From Bacillota bacterium (GTDB lineage Bacteria; Bacillota; JAAYKD01), in NCBI GenBank assembly GCA_036744005.1, contig DAINOJ010000003.1, positions 29,403 to 93,402 on the forward strand: DNA of 64,000 nucleotides. The letters run 5' to 3'. The notes under the pieces were generated by a model. That model was given only the letters and a program-made list of their open reading frames with translations, searched no databases and was not told the origin of the DNA. Positions 36,097 through 45,645 of this stretch are shown here, one piece after another (position 1 is the stretch's first letter; each line of letters starts with the position of its first letter). A program made the translations under genes and the position numbers.

Positions 36097-37061
36097 AAGC
36101 TATAGGGGCTTTGGTCCTACAAGACTTGAAACGCTTATTGAAAAATGCGTTGTTTTGGGTGGTTTCGGTGACCCTCGTTCTGATTGTGCTCTTGGTGCAA
36201 TTCGTTTTCCCTAAAAGCGTGAGCACGGATGCGCCCTTGCTGGTTTCTTTCCAAGCACCCTCCTACAGTACCATGACCCGAGTAGTGGACTCCGAAGCTG
36301 CTTTACGAAAAGTCGTAGCAGAGGAGCAAGCGATTGGTTTTTTAGGAGATGCCGAGGGGAATCTCGCCATTTTGCATCATGGTTTATCCGAAAAAACCAT
36401 TGCTTCGGTATTATTGACGTTGCAACATCAGCAAGCGCCTGTAAGAAGCGAAGTCCTGCAGCCGCAAGAGCCAATCCCTTTTAACCTACATTGGTTACCG
36501 GTGCTGATTAGTTTTGAAGCTTTGGTGCTGGGTTTTATTTTGAGTGGAACACTCATGTTGTCGGAAAAACAAGAAGGCACAGTTCGCGCCATGCGCATCT
36601 CTCCCTTGAGCGAAGTGCGTTACATCATCGCAAAAATGATCCTGTTTGCATTCATCGGCAGCTCATATGCCGGGTTGATGGCCTTGTTCACGGTGGGACC
36701 TTGGATCAATTGGGTTGCATTTCTTTTGGTGAGCGCTTTGGGGAGTGCGTTGTTTGCCTTAATCGGTTTGGCGGTTACCACCCCTTTTCGCGATATGAAC
36801 TCCTGGTTCTTTTCTACGGCACTGTTGCTTTCGGTGAATATGCTGAGTGCATTGGGGTATAGCAATCCGTCGATACAACCTTGGTGGATGCGTATGCTGC
36901 CATCATACCCATTTCTCATGAGTTATGATGACATTCTGTTTGGAAGCGGGTGGCCACAAGGGGTATGGCTGACCATCGGACTATGGATGTTGGTTGCGAT
37001 TCCTGTGGCTCTCCTGGCGGTTCGGCGAGTCTTTTTTGCAAAAGGTGGTGTTTGGGCTTGA
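36093..37061 (+). CDS. ABC-2-type transporter permease
   Basis: Polytopic membrane protein. ATG overlaps the stop of the ATPase gene (ATGA). Confidence 0.7.
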   Translation: MKAIGALVLQDLKRLLKNALFWVVSVTLVLIVLLVQFVFPKSVSTDAPLLVSFQAPSYSTMTRVVDSEAALRKVVAEEQAIGFLGDAEGNLAILHHGLSEKTIASVLLTLQHQQAPVRSEVLQPQEPIPFNLHWLPVLISFEALVLGFILSGTLMLSEKQEGTVRAMRISPLSEVRYIIAKMILFAFIGSSYAGLMALFTVGPWINWVAFLLVSALGSALFALIGLAVTTPFRDMNSWFFSTALLLSVNMLSALGYSNPSIQPWWMRMLPSYPFLMSYDDILFGSGWPQGVWLTIGLWMLVAIPVALLAVRRVFFAKGGVWA

Positions 37062-38047
37062 AAGGTGTCGTATCACAAGTCAAAAAAGAGATGGTCTTAG
37101 TCTCTCGCAGTGGCTTATCGTTGTACATGACCTTAGCTCCTGCCCTCATGGCTTTGGTGTTCCTTTTGGTGTTTGGCAGTATGCAAAGTAGTAGCCCCCG
37201 ATTGGCGGTCATGCACGATATGCCGACCGAAGTCGTTGCCAAACTGGAACAAGTAGCCGAACTCGAGCGGTTTACCAGCGAAAACTCTTTGCGACGTCGC
37301 ATAGAAGGACCCGATGCTCTGGCTGGGGTGCTTATATACGAAGGAGTGGCAACGGTTTTAACGGAAGGGAACGAGGGGGAGAGTTTTGTAAAGGCGATGC
37401 ATCAGCTGGTATCGAGTGCTTTAGCGGCAGAGATACCGGCATTTACAGAAGAGATTTTACCGGGAAATGGCGGATTGGCCATGCAAATCAGTCGTATCAG
37501 TGTGTTTCTATTGGCGTTATTCGTAGGGGGAGCTACTTTGGGATTATCGGCGGTAGATGAACGAGAAACCGGCGTGATTCGAGCCTTCACAGTAAGTCCC
37601 TTTGGCTTATGGGACTACATGCTTAGTAAATGGTTGCCGGCTTTGCTGATCGGTGCATTGGGTGTGACTGCTGCAGCAGCAGTCATGGGTTTGTGGAAGG
37701 AACTACCTCTTCTGCTGATGTTAAGTATGTGTGGCGCAGGGGTAGGAGCATTCTCGATCTTTATTTTGGCAGGATTTGCTAAAAACCAAATTGCTGCCAT
37801 TGGAGTGATGAAACTACTGATGCCACTCATGCTCATGGTGCCGATTTCGGCTTTCTTTGTGGCAGAGCGTTGGCAGTGGTTGTATTACGCCTTTCCCATG
37901 TATTGGCAAAGCAAAGCCTTGCAGAGTATTTTTACCGGAGAACCGGTGACATGGTTTTTGATGCTCTCGTTCTTGGTTAGCTTACCTTGGGCAGTAGGAG
38001 CTGCCATGATTTTTCGTCGACAAACAATGTGGAAGGGATGGAGGTGA
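37058..38047 (+). CDS. ABC-2-type transporter permease (second subunit)
   Basis: Polytopic. Start placed at TTG 37058 overlapping the upstream stop (TTGA); ATG 37091 is an alternative. The ORF-track start at 36950 would overlap the previous gene by 110 nt. Confidence 0.6.
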   Translation: MKGVVSQVKKEMVLVSRSGLSLYMTLAPALMALVFLLVFGSMQSSSPRLAVMHDMPTEVVAKLEQVAELERFTSENSLRRRIEGPDALAGVLIYEGVATVLTEGNEGESFVKAMHQLVSSALAAEIPAFTEEILPGNGGLAMQISRISVFLLALFVGGATLGLSAVDERETGVIRAFTVSPFGLWDYMLSKWLPALLIGALGVTAAAAVMGLWKELPLLLMLSMCGAGVGAFSIFILAGFAKNQIAAIGVMKLLMPLMLMVPISAFFVAERWQWLYYAFPMYWQSKALQSIFTGEPVTWFLMLSFLVSLPWAVGAAMIFRRQTMWKGWR

Positions 38048-38193
38048 AGACTGTGGAAACGTATTGGTATTGGATTATCGCGGGCGTAGTGCTATTGGCG
38101 GCGTTTAAGGTTTGGTATGTGCCCAAATGGCTCAAACAACAAGCCGATAAACGAGCTGAAAAGCAACGCTTACTGGAGAAGGACGACGAATGA
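38038..38193 (+). CDS. Small single-pass membrane protein (51 aa)
   Basis: MEVKTVETYWYWIIAGVVLLAAFKVWYVPKWLKQQADKRAEKQRLLEKDDE: one TM helix and a charged tail. Start overlaps the permease stop; its stop overlaps the TetR start (ATGA). Confidence 0.45.
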   Translation: MEVKTVETYWYWIIAGVVLLAAFKVWYVPKWLKQQADKRAEKQRLLEKDDE

Positions 38194-38804
38194 GTAAAAT
38201 GAAGTGGAAAGCCGAGCAGACGAGAAACCCGCTTTGGCTACAAGAGGAATTGTGGAATGCATCCTTGGATGTATTCTCGATGCAGGCCTATGGAGAAGCT
38301 TCTTTGAATGAAATCATCCGTAAGGCCGGGATGAACAAAGGAAGCTTTTATTACCGATTCTACGATAAGCTGGATTTGTATCTCTCACTTCTGACCCGCA
38401 TGGCAGACGAGAAGCTGACCATGGTTTCGCAGGGCCAAATGCGAGCGACCGGAAAAGATTTCTTTGAAGATTTTCGGCAAATTGCCATGCTCTCATTGCG
38501 ATTTGCACAACAAGAACCGCGTTATATGGGCTTGTGGCGTAGGTTCATGTCTGAGGATCATGAAATAAAGCGAATGGTGCACGAAGAATTTGGACCCATG
38601 TCGCAAGATGCCATTGGAGCTATGGTAGAAATGGCCAAAGCACAAGGAAAAATTCGACCCAACAGCTCCACCGTTTTGGTCAGCCACATGATTTCGGCAC
38701 TGTTGAACAGCATTGATCAGATGATTGTGCCCAACGGCAGCGAAGAAGAAATGATGGTACAAATTGACGAGCTCATTGAGATGTTGAAACATGGAATTCG
38801 TTAA
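38190..38804 (+). CDS. TetR/AcrR-family transcriptional regulator
   Basis: N-terminal HTH (SLNEIIRKAGMNKGSFYYRFYDKLDLY) and helical C-terminal ligand domain. Confidence 0.75.
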   Translation: MSKMKWKAEQTRNPLWLQEELWNASLDVFSMQAYGEASLNEIIRKAGMNKGSFYYRFYDKLDLYLSLLTRMADEKLTMVSQGQMRATGKDFFEDFRQIAMLSLRFAQQEPRYMGLWRRFMSEDHEIKRMVHEEFGPMSQDAIGAMVEMAKAQGKIRPNSSTVLVSHMISALLNSIDQMIVPNGSEEEMMVQIDELIEMLKHGIR

Positions 38805-38824
38805 ATAGCCGATAGAGAATCGTA

Positions 38825-38863
38825 ACACCCTCAGGTGCAGAGTGTATCTGAGGGTGTTTTTCT
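38825..38863 (+). terminator. Intrinsic terminator
   Basis: ACACCCTCAG-gtgcagagtgtat-CTGAGGGTGT followed by TTTTC. Confidence 0.8.
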
Positions 38864-39122
38864 TGGAATTATATGGTTACAAACAAATGGCCAAAAATTT
38901 ACAATGATTATTTTTAATCAGAGAAGGAGTTTGTAAAAAACAGCACGAATAACAAAGACATTCGATATGTGGCTTAAACATACACTATGCATCAATATGT
39001 TGTGTTTCTATACTCGTTGAACAATTAATACGGTTACAAATTAATTACATGCATACTTTGGGGCTTTGACGTAAAAACAAAGCTCTTTCGTATAGATTTG
39101 GACCAAGAAGGAGGTGAAAAAT

Positions 39123-39905
39123 ATGGGTCTCGCTCCAGGCAATATTTTTGGATTTTGGATGTTCCTCATTTGGACCGGATTAGCGGTTTTTGTCATGAAT
39201 CGTTCCCGTACCGGTCAAATTCATGTGAAATTGCGTCGTATTTCCGGTATGGACGCGGTGGAAGAAGCGGTAGGTCGTGCCACCGAAATGGGTAAACCGG
39301 TGCATTTTACTCCGGGGTTAGGGGATGTTGTGGCCAGCAATGCTGCTGAAACCTTTGCAGGGCTCGAATTACTGCAATATGTCTCTGGATTAGCAGCCAA
39401 ATACGATGCCGGTTTAATCGTAACCATTCGTCAACCCAACGTTTTTCCATTGGCGCAAGAATCGGTAAAACAGAGCTTTTTGACGGCCGGTCACCCGGAC
39501 AAGTACCAAGAAAACACCGTTCGTTTCATCTCGAATAACCAAGACGCGTATACATCGGGTGTGGTAGGTATTCTGCATCGCGAGAAAGCGGCTGCCAACA
39601 TTATGGCTGGTTTGTTCATGGGTGAATCTCTGCTGTTAGCAGAAGCGGGTTCGCAAATTGGAGCCATTCAAGTGGCGATTACTGCTTCTACCACTCAGTT
39701 ACCGTTCTTTGTTGCGGCATGTGACTACACCATTATTGGAGAAGAATTATACGCTGCCGGTGCTTATGTCTCGCAAAACAAAATCAAATTGGGCGGCATT
39801 GCTACTCAAGACTATTTTAAATTAGCGGTCATCGCGGTCATTATCCTTGGAACTATTATGACTTCTATGGGCAGTACTGCTTTGAAAGATTTATTGGTTC
39901 GCTAA
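39123..39905 (+). CDS. Uncharacterised bitopic membrane protein (gene 1 of a four-gene membrane operon)
   Basis: RBS AAGGAGG 8 nt before ATG. N-terminal TM (IFGFWMFLIWTGLAVFVM), ~200-aa soluble region, C-terminal TM (LAVIAVIILGTIMTSM). No recognised motif. Confidence 0.6.
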   Translation: MGLAPGNIFGFWMFLIWTGLAVFVMNRSRTGQIHVKLRRISGMDAVEEAVGRATEMGKPVHFTPGLGDVVASNAAETFAGLELLQYVSGLAAKYDAGLIVTIRQPNVFPLAQESVKQSFLTAGHPDKYQENTVRFISNNQDAYTSGVVGILHREKAAANIMAGLFMGESLLLAEAGSQIGAIQVAITASTTQLPFFVAACDYTIIGEELYAAGAYVSQNKIKLGGIATQDYFKLAVIAVIILGTIMTSMGSTALKDLLVR

Positions 39906-39947
39906 GGATGCAACGTATACTTTAAAAACAATAAGGAGGTGTAAACC

Positions 39948-40583
39948 ATGCGAAAGCAAGTACCTGTGCTGATTACCTTTGTGGTTGGTATTCTCGTCAT
40001 GCTAGCCGGCATTACGACCGGACCATTGCCCGGAGTGTTTAAGAATCATATCAGTCCTTGGATGACCATTGTCTCTGCGTTCGCGGTAGGTTTGGCTTCC
40101 GTCAACTTAACACGCGTGCATGGACGCAAAATTAGTCGCAAAAGCGAAGGTTGGATCAACAGTGTCATCTTATTGGGTAGTATGGCGATTTACGCCATTT
40201 GGAGATCGTATATCGAAATCAATCCGACCGACAAAGTGGCGGTCGATGGTTATGCTTTAATCTATAATCATATTTTATCTCCCTTATCTTCCGGTATTTG
40301 GGCTTGTTTGGCGTTTTACGTGGCTTCGTCTTCGTATCGGGCATTCCGTGCGCGCAACCTGGAAGCGACCATTTTGCTGGTGTCCGCTGTCGTGGTCATG
40401 TTGGGGGCAGCACCCATCGGAGCTCAAATCTGGGACAAATTCCCGACCATCCAAAACTGGCTACTCAGTGTTCCCAATATGACCGGTCAACGAGGCATTG
40501 TGATTGGCGCGGCTTTGGGTAGCTTTGTCACCGCCTTACGTGTCTTGTTAGGGTTGGAACGGGGCCATCTTGGTTCACAATAA
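39948..40583 (+). CDS. Uncharacterised polytopic membrane protein (gene 2 of the operon)
   Basis: RBS AAGGAGG. About 5-6 predicted TM helices. Confidence 0.6.
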   Translation: MRKQVPVLITFVVGILVMLAGITTGPLPGVFKNHISPWMTIVSAFAVGLASVNLTRVHGRKISRKSEGWINSVILLGSMAIYAIWRSYIEINPTDKVAVDGYALIYNHILSPLSSGIWACLAFYVASSSYRAFRARNLEATILLVSAVVVMLGAAPIGAQIWDKFPTIQNWLLSVPNMTGQRGIVIGAALGSFVTALRVLLGLERGHLGSQ

Positions 40584-40616
40584 GCAAAGATCTTGCAGAA
40601 AAGGAGGTGTCCAAGC

Positions 40617-41441
40617 TTGAACATTTTCGAACGTTTACAAAAAATCGATCGACGGATTATCTATGTTCTGTTGCTGATTGTTTGTGCCGTGCCATTGGTT
40701 CGTCCGATAGGCTTACCCGTACTGGTCAACGATCGCACTCGCGCCGTGTATAATATAATTGAAGAACTAGACCCAGCCAAAGACACAGTCTTGTTGTCTT
40801 TTGACTATGGACCAGGAGCTGGATTGGATGCCCACGTCGTGCCGGTTGCTGTTGTGGAGCATTTGGCCATGCGTGGAATTAAGTTTGTATGTGTTTCATT
40901 TAGCGCAGAAGGTCCCATGATGGCAGATCAAATCATCAAAAAACTGGAAGAACGCGGTATGAAATATGGAACAGATTTTGCCAACTTAGGGTACTTAGCC
41001 GGGGATGAGAATGCCATTCGCTTGTTTGCAGTGGACAGTCAAACCATCACTACCGATTCTCGCGGTAACAAGGTAGCAGATTTGCCGATTATGAAAGACA
41101 AGAAAACGGTCAAAGATTTTGCTTTTGTTCATCAATTTACATCGGGAGACCCGGCACTTTGGATTCGACAAGTAGTCGATCCCATGGGTATTAAATTCGC
41201 AGCCGGTGTGGTAACAGTAAGTGTACCTTCGGCTATGCCATATTACAACTCCGGGCAAATGGTTGGATTATTAGGCGGATTACGATCGGCAGCCGAATAT
41301 GAGTTGCTTATTGGCAAACCCGGCAGACCGGTTGCCATGATGGACGCTCAGTCCATGGCTCACTTATTGATTATTGGTTTCATCTTTTTAGGTAATGTCG
41401 GACATTTTCTCAGCAAACGCAACGAAGCGAAAGCATCCTAA
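40617..41441 (+). CDS. Uncharacterised bitopic membrane protein (gene 3 of the operon)
   Basis: TTG start 9 nt after AAGGAGG. Same N-TM / soluble / C-TM topology as gene 1. Confidence 0.55.
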   Translation: MNIFERLQKIDRRIIYVLLLIVCAVPLVRPIGLPVLVNDRTRAVYNIIEELDPAKDTVLLSFDYGPGAGLDAHVVPVAVVEHLAMRGIKFVCVSFSAEGPMMADQIIKKLEERGMKYGTDFANLGYLAGDENAIRLFAVDSQTITTDSRGNKVADLPIMKDKKTVKDFAFVHQFTSGDPALWIRQVVDPMGIKFAAGVVTVSVPSAMPYYNSGQMVGLLGGLRSAAEYELLIGKPGRPVAMMDAQSMAHLLIIGFIFLGNVGHFLSKRNEAKAS

Positions 41442-41458
41442 AGTGAGGAGGTGATTTT

Positions 41459-42079
41459 GTGAATATATCTACCAACATTTGGACGTGGACCACGGCCATC
41501 TGCATTTTGGCCATGTGGACCTTCTTGTTCAAAGAAAACCCCATCTTTCGTGCGGCAGAGCATTTGTTCGTCGGAAGTACAGCGGGACATGCCATCGGGA
41601 TGGCCGTGGGCAATATTCATCGCTACGGTTTTAATCCTTTAGTGCAAAAGCAACAGTTGTTGCTGTTGGTTCCGTTGGTCTTAGGCGTCTTGCTCTATGC
41701 CAGATTTTTCCCCAAATGGGCTTGGCTCAGCCGTTATCCGGTTGCTTTCTTGGTTGGTGTGGGAACAGGGCAGTCGATTTATACCTCACTGCGCACCCAA
41801 GTCATTAACCAAAGCATTGGAGCGATGTATAAATTCCCGGGGAATACCGCACTCGATACCATCAATGCATTCATCAGCGTTTTTGGATTGCTGGCAGTAT
41901 TATGTTACTTCTTATTCACAATCCCCCTCAAAGGTGGATTGCAGCAGTTTGCGAAATCAGGTCGGTGGATTATGATGGTGACTTTTGGCGTGGCTTTTGG
42001 CAACGTGGTCGCCGGTCGTATATCTGTTTTATTGGGTGAACTCACGAAAATTCTAGGTGATTGGTTGGGTATGATGTAA
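41459..42079 (+). CDS. Uncharacterised polytopic membrane protein (gene 4 of the operon)
   Basis: GTG start after GAGGAGGTG. About 6 predicted TM helices. Confidence 0.6.
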   Translation: MNISTNIWTWTTAICILAMWTFLFKENPIFRAAEHLFVGSTAGHAIGMAVGNIHRYGFNPLVQKQQLLLLVPLVLGVLLYARFFPKWAWLSRYPVAFLVGVGTGQSIYTSLRTQVINQSIGAMYKFPGNTALDTINAFISVFGLLAVLCYFLFTIPLKGGLQQFAKSGRWIMMVTFGVAFGNVVAGRISVLLGELTKILGDWLGMM

Positions 42080-42092
42080 ACGATGTCGTAGG

Positions 42093-42131
42093 AACAACCT
42101 CAGGTGCAACACGCATTTGAGGTTGTTTTTT
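42093..42131 (+). terminator. Intrinsic terminator
   Basis: AACAACCTCA-gtgcaacacgcattt-TGAGGTTGTT followed by TTTTTTTG. Confidence 0.8.
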
Positions 42132-42214
42132 TGTGAGCTTCATAGGGAATAAAGTAAAATGTAGCGAATGAATAAAGCAAACGAAGTATCATAGAGAACA
42201 AAGGGGGGAGTGGC

Positions 42215-43000
42215 TTGGATTTACGAAAAACCTTTAGCGAAGATGTGGTACTTTATGAAAAATATCGACCAAGGTATTGTCCGGCGTTGTTTCAAAGCAT
42301 TGTATCACGGGCAAACCTGAACCGAGAATCTCTGGCTTTGGAAATTGGGTGTGGGACAGGTCAAGCGACGAAGCCATTTCTCGAGACCGGTAGTCGGGTG
42401 GTTGCCATTGAGTTGGGTCAAGAGATGGCCGATTTTGTGCGCGAAAAGTATACGGGATACCCGAATTTTGAAGTGGTATGTGGGGAATTTGAGCAGTATA
42501 CAGGACCGGAGACGGCATTTGACCTTATTTACTCAGCGACGGCCTTTCACTGGATACCCGAGGAGATTGGGTATCCCAAAGTATTCAATTTGTTAAAGCC
42601 GGGAGGTTTGGTGGCATTGTTCTGGAACCGCCCACAACCCGATCTGGCGAATTTGGCTTTGCATGAGCAGATTCAAGCAGTATATACCGAGTATACGGAA
42701 CGGGGAATATTTAAGAAATCGGGAACGCCCATGACAGGGCAGACAGAGCGCAGAGATGGAATCCTACGTGCTCTGCAGCATGCAGGATTTGTGGATGTGC
42801 AGGTGCAAGACTTCTTGGCTTATCGTGCGTTTTCGGCGGAGGAGTATGTGAAGCTACTCGATACGTATTCCGATCATCGCAGTTTGCCGGCAGACGTAAA
42901 AACCGAGTTTTATAAGAAAGTGAAAGACGCGATTCTCAGGCACGGAGACACGATCCGGTTGGAGGATCATATGGATTTATATATGGCAAAGAAACCCTAA
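42215..43000 (+). CDS. Class I SAM-dependent methyltransferase
   Basis: Motif I LEIGCGTGQAT and motif-post-I VVAIE. TTG start after AGGGGGGAG. Confidence 0.75.
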   Translation: MDLRKTFSEDVVLYEKYRPRYCPALFQSIVSRANLNRESLALEIGCGTGQATKPFLETGSRVVAIELGQEMADFVREKYTGYPNFEVVCGEFEQYTGPETAFDLIYSATAFHWIPEEIGYPKVFNLLKPGGLVALFWNRPQPDLANLALHEQIQAVYTEYTERGIFKKSGTPMTGQTERRDGILRALQHAGFVDVQVQDFLAYRAFSAEEYVKLLDTYSDHRSLPADVKTEFYKKVKDAILRHGDTIRLEDHMDLYMAKKP

Positions 43001-43057
43001 TGGAGGTTGGAAGAACTTGAAGATTTGTCAAAGAGCAAATGAGAAGGATGTGAGACA

Positions 43058-43486
43058 ATGTATGAACCGAAAACCAAGGTGACGGAGCAGAGTGTCGTGG
43101 ATTTTATTGAAGCCATAGATCATCCACGCCGAAAAGAAGAGGCTTACCAATTGGTGGAGTTGTTCCATAGGGTGACCGGTCATGAAGCGAAAATGTGGGG
43201 ACCTAGCATCATAGGATTTGGCAGCGTGCATTATAAATACGCAACGGGGCACGAAGGGGACATGGGGTTGGCAGGATTCTCACCTCGAAAAGCAAAAATT
43301 AGCATTTACTCCATGTTATCTGCCGAACGCAAACAGGAGTTCTTGATGCGCTTGGGCAAACACACCACTGGAGTGGGCTGTATTTATGTCAACCGATTGA
43401 CCGATATTGATTTGAAGGTACTGGAAGAGCTGATTGCTGCTACAGCAGAGGAATTGAAACAGCTGTATCCAGAGAACGAGGTGTAA
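43058..43486 (+). CDS. DUF1801 (YdhG-like) domain protein
   Basis: 142 aa; pattern MWGPSIIGFG...Y.Y..G.EG......FSPRK..ISIY is typical of this family, by recollection. Confidence 0.5.
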   Translation: MYEPKTKVTEQSVVDFIEAIDHPRRKEEAYQLVELFHRVTGHEAKMWGPSIIGFGSVHYKYATGHEGDMGLAGFSPRKAKISIYSMLSAERKQEFLMRLGKHTTGVGCIYVNRLTDIDLKVLEELIAATAEELKQLYPENEV

Positions 43487-43488
43487 GA

Positions 43489-44346
43489 GTGGCAAGACGA
43501 AAAGACGAAGTTATGGTTAGTTTGAGTGTGTTGCAAGATACCGAGCGCAGCCGTGCACTATTGCAAGGATTATGGGCGTTAATACGCCAAGGTTGCGAAG
43601 GTGGAGAGAACGAAGTTCGTGAGTTGTACCTAGAGTGGGCGAACGAGGATGAGGTTTTAACACTTGAACCCGGTACCGTGCAGGAGCAGATGATACAGCT
43701 AGAGCGATTGCAGCAAAGGGTTGAAGAGCAACCGGTGGGAGCTTTGTGGATGGATGTTACGGTAGAGCACAAACGGGATGAGAGCCATCCTCTTTGTTTG
43801 CAATCTTTTATGACGATGTTAAACGAGGAAGATACCGAGTGGTTGGCACTGCGGGCGATGTGGTTGAGTAATGTGGAGGGGCCACGCTTGTTTGTGTGTG
43901 CGAAGGGTGAAAAGGGTGTTGTTTGTGGGGAGGTTGCCGGAGCAGTGGCGACGGCGACGGAACTGGAAGGGTATCCGTTTTACTCGCATGGCAAAGCGTT
44001 GGATGTGCAGATGGCACAGCCGGAGAAACTACCTGCCGAAGTGGTAAAGAAAGTGAAACAGCTGTGTGGGCAAATAAACCATCGTTATTGTGATGACACC
44101 GCAGAATATGGCAAGAAGTCGGGGAAATACCGTTTTGTGGCGGAAGACTTGAAGTTTGAAGATGCCGAAGGTCTGTTGTTTTTTACGGATCGTGTCGCTG
44201 AGTTGTTACAGATTTCGGGAGTGAACGTGCAGTTAGCCGAAACGTATTACAGCGTGGAGGAAGAGCATATGTCCTTGTTGCAACTGGAGTTTGACCCGCA
44301 AGTGAGATTCACACTGAGAAGCACCCACGCTGTTCATAAGAATTGA
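43489..44346 (+). CDS. Hypothetical protein (285 aa), acidic and Cys-containing
   Basis: GTG start 5 nt after GAGGTG, immediately after the upstream stop. No recognised domain. Confidence 0.5.
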   Translation: MARRKDEVMVSLSVLQDTERSRALLQGLWALIRQGCEGGENEVRELYLEWANEDEVLTLEPGTVQEQMIQLERLQQRVEEQPVGALWMDVTVEHKRDESHPLCLQSFMTMLNEEDTEWLALRAMWLSNVEGPRLFVCAKGEKGVVCGEVAGAVATATELEGYPFYSHGKALDVQMAQPEKLPAEVVKKVKQLCGQINHRYCDDTAEYGKKSGKYRFVAEDLKFEDAEGLLFFTDRVAELLQISGVNVQLAETYYSVEEEHMSLLQLEFDPQVRFTLRSTHAVHKN

Positions 44347-44399
44347 TATCGTAAATTTCCCAAAAGGGTCTGACCCCATTGGGAAAAAAGGAGGAAAAG

Positions 44400-45588
44400 A
44401 TGAAGAAAAAAGGCTTAATGACTCGGTTGACCCACGCCGGTGAGAATACCATGGCGAAGAAGATTGCTACATCGGTCTCGGTGCCCAAGGTGAACCCCAT
44501 TTACATGAGCAGTGTATTTTCCTTTGATGATGTGGAGAGTTTGGATGCCGTCTACGATGGTATCGCCAAAGGGTATGTGTACTCGCGCATGTCGAACCCA
44601 GGGACCGATGCCGTGGAAGAGGTGCTGGCGGAGGCAGAAGATTGTGCCGGAGCTCTTGTATTCTCTTCGGGTATGGCAGCGATTATTACCTCGATTTTGG
44701 CTCATGTGCAGTGTGGTGACCATGTTTTGTCGTCCAATGTGCTGTATGGTGGCGTGTATGATTTTTTTAAAAACGAACTACCGCGGTTTGGTATTGAAAT
44801 CACCTTGGCTGATTTCGAAAAGGAAGATGTCAAAGCGCTGATTCGACCCAACACCAAGGTCATTTACACGGAGACCATTTCCAACCCGCTCATGGTGGTA
44901 GAAGATTTGCCACACCTTGCACAGGTAGCTCATGCGCATGGATGCAAGCTCATCGTCGATAATACCTTTGCCACGCCGGCGGTCGCGCAGATTTTAAAAC
45001 TGGGGGTGGATGTGGCGGTATACAGTGCGACCAAGTATTTGGGTGGGCATAGTGATATTTTGGGAGGGGCTCTTACAGCCAACGCGGAAACCATGGGCCA
45101 TCTGCGTCGCTACTTTACGTTATATGGTTCGATTATTCGATGCCTGGATGCTGACACGAAGTTTGCGCACCTTGGATTTGCGTATGGAGCGCCACTGTCG
45201 AAACGCACAAAAAGTGGCGGAGTTTTTTGAGAAACACCAGAAAATTGAACGGGTGTATTACCCGGGCTTAGCTTCTTCGCCGTATCACGAAAGGGCCAAG
45301 CAGTTCTTCTTGGAGAATCGCTTTGGTGGCATGCTCTCGGCCGACATTGCCGGTGGCGAAAAGGCAGCAAGCGCGTTTATAAAAGCATGCCCCACTATAA
45401 AATTGGTACCCAGTTTGGCAGGGGTCTCGACCACCATCTCCTACCCGGCCAAGACTTCGCATCGGGCTTACTCGCCGGAAATGTTAAAACAGGTGGGCAT
45501 TTCCACAGGGCAATTGCGTTTTTCGGTGGGCTTGGAGACCATTGACGATATTTTGGAGGAGTTTGACCAGGCATTGAAGCAAATATAG
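44400..45588 (+). pseudogene. Cys/Met-metabolism PLP-dependent enzyme (cystathionine gamma-synthase / methionine gamma-lyase family) interrupted by a frameshift near 45118-45139
   Basis: Frame A (44400-45230) carries the N-terminal and PLP-lysine region (SATKYLGGHSD). Frame B (through 45588) carries the conserved C-terminal region (FDAWMLTRSLRTLDLRMERHC...). Homology switches frame between HLRRYF and FDAW. Confidence 0.6.
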
Positions 45589-45592
45589 AGAA

Positions 45593-45620
45593 ACGACCTC
45601 GAGTGCTTACTCGGGGTCGT
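45593..45620. terminator. Hairpin between convergent genes (probable bidirectional terminator)
   Basis: ACGACCTCGAG...CTCGGGGTCGT imperfect stem, flanked by T-rich sequence. Confidence 0.5.
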
Positions 45621-45645
45621 CTTTGTATGGCGTCATGGAAGATTT

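Noticed and set aside
36950-37057. Upstream part of the second permease ORF overlapping the first permease by 110 nt
   Set aside because: An overlap of that size is unlikely. TTG at 37058 overlaps the upstream stop in a typical coupled arrangement.
45010-45588. 192-aa ORF that could be called as an independent gene
   Set aside because: It is the C-terminal half of the PLP-dependent enzyme in a shifted frame, not a separate gene.
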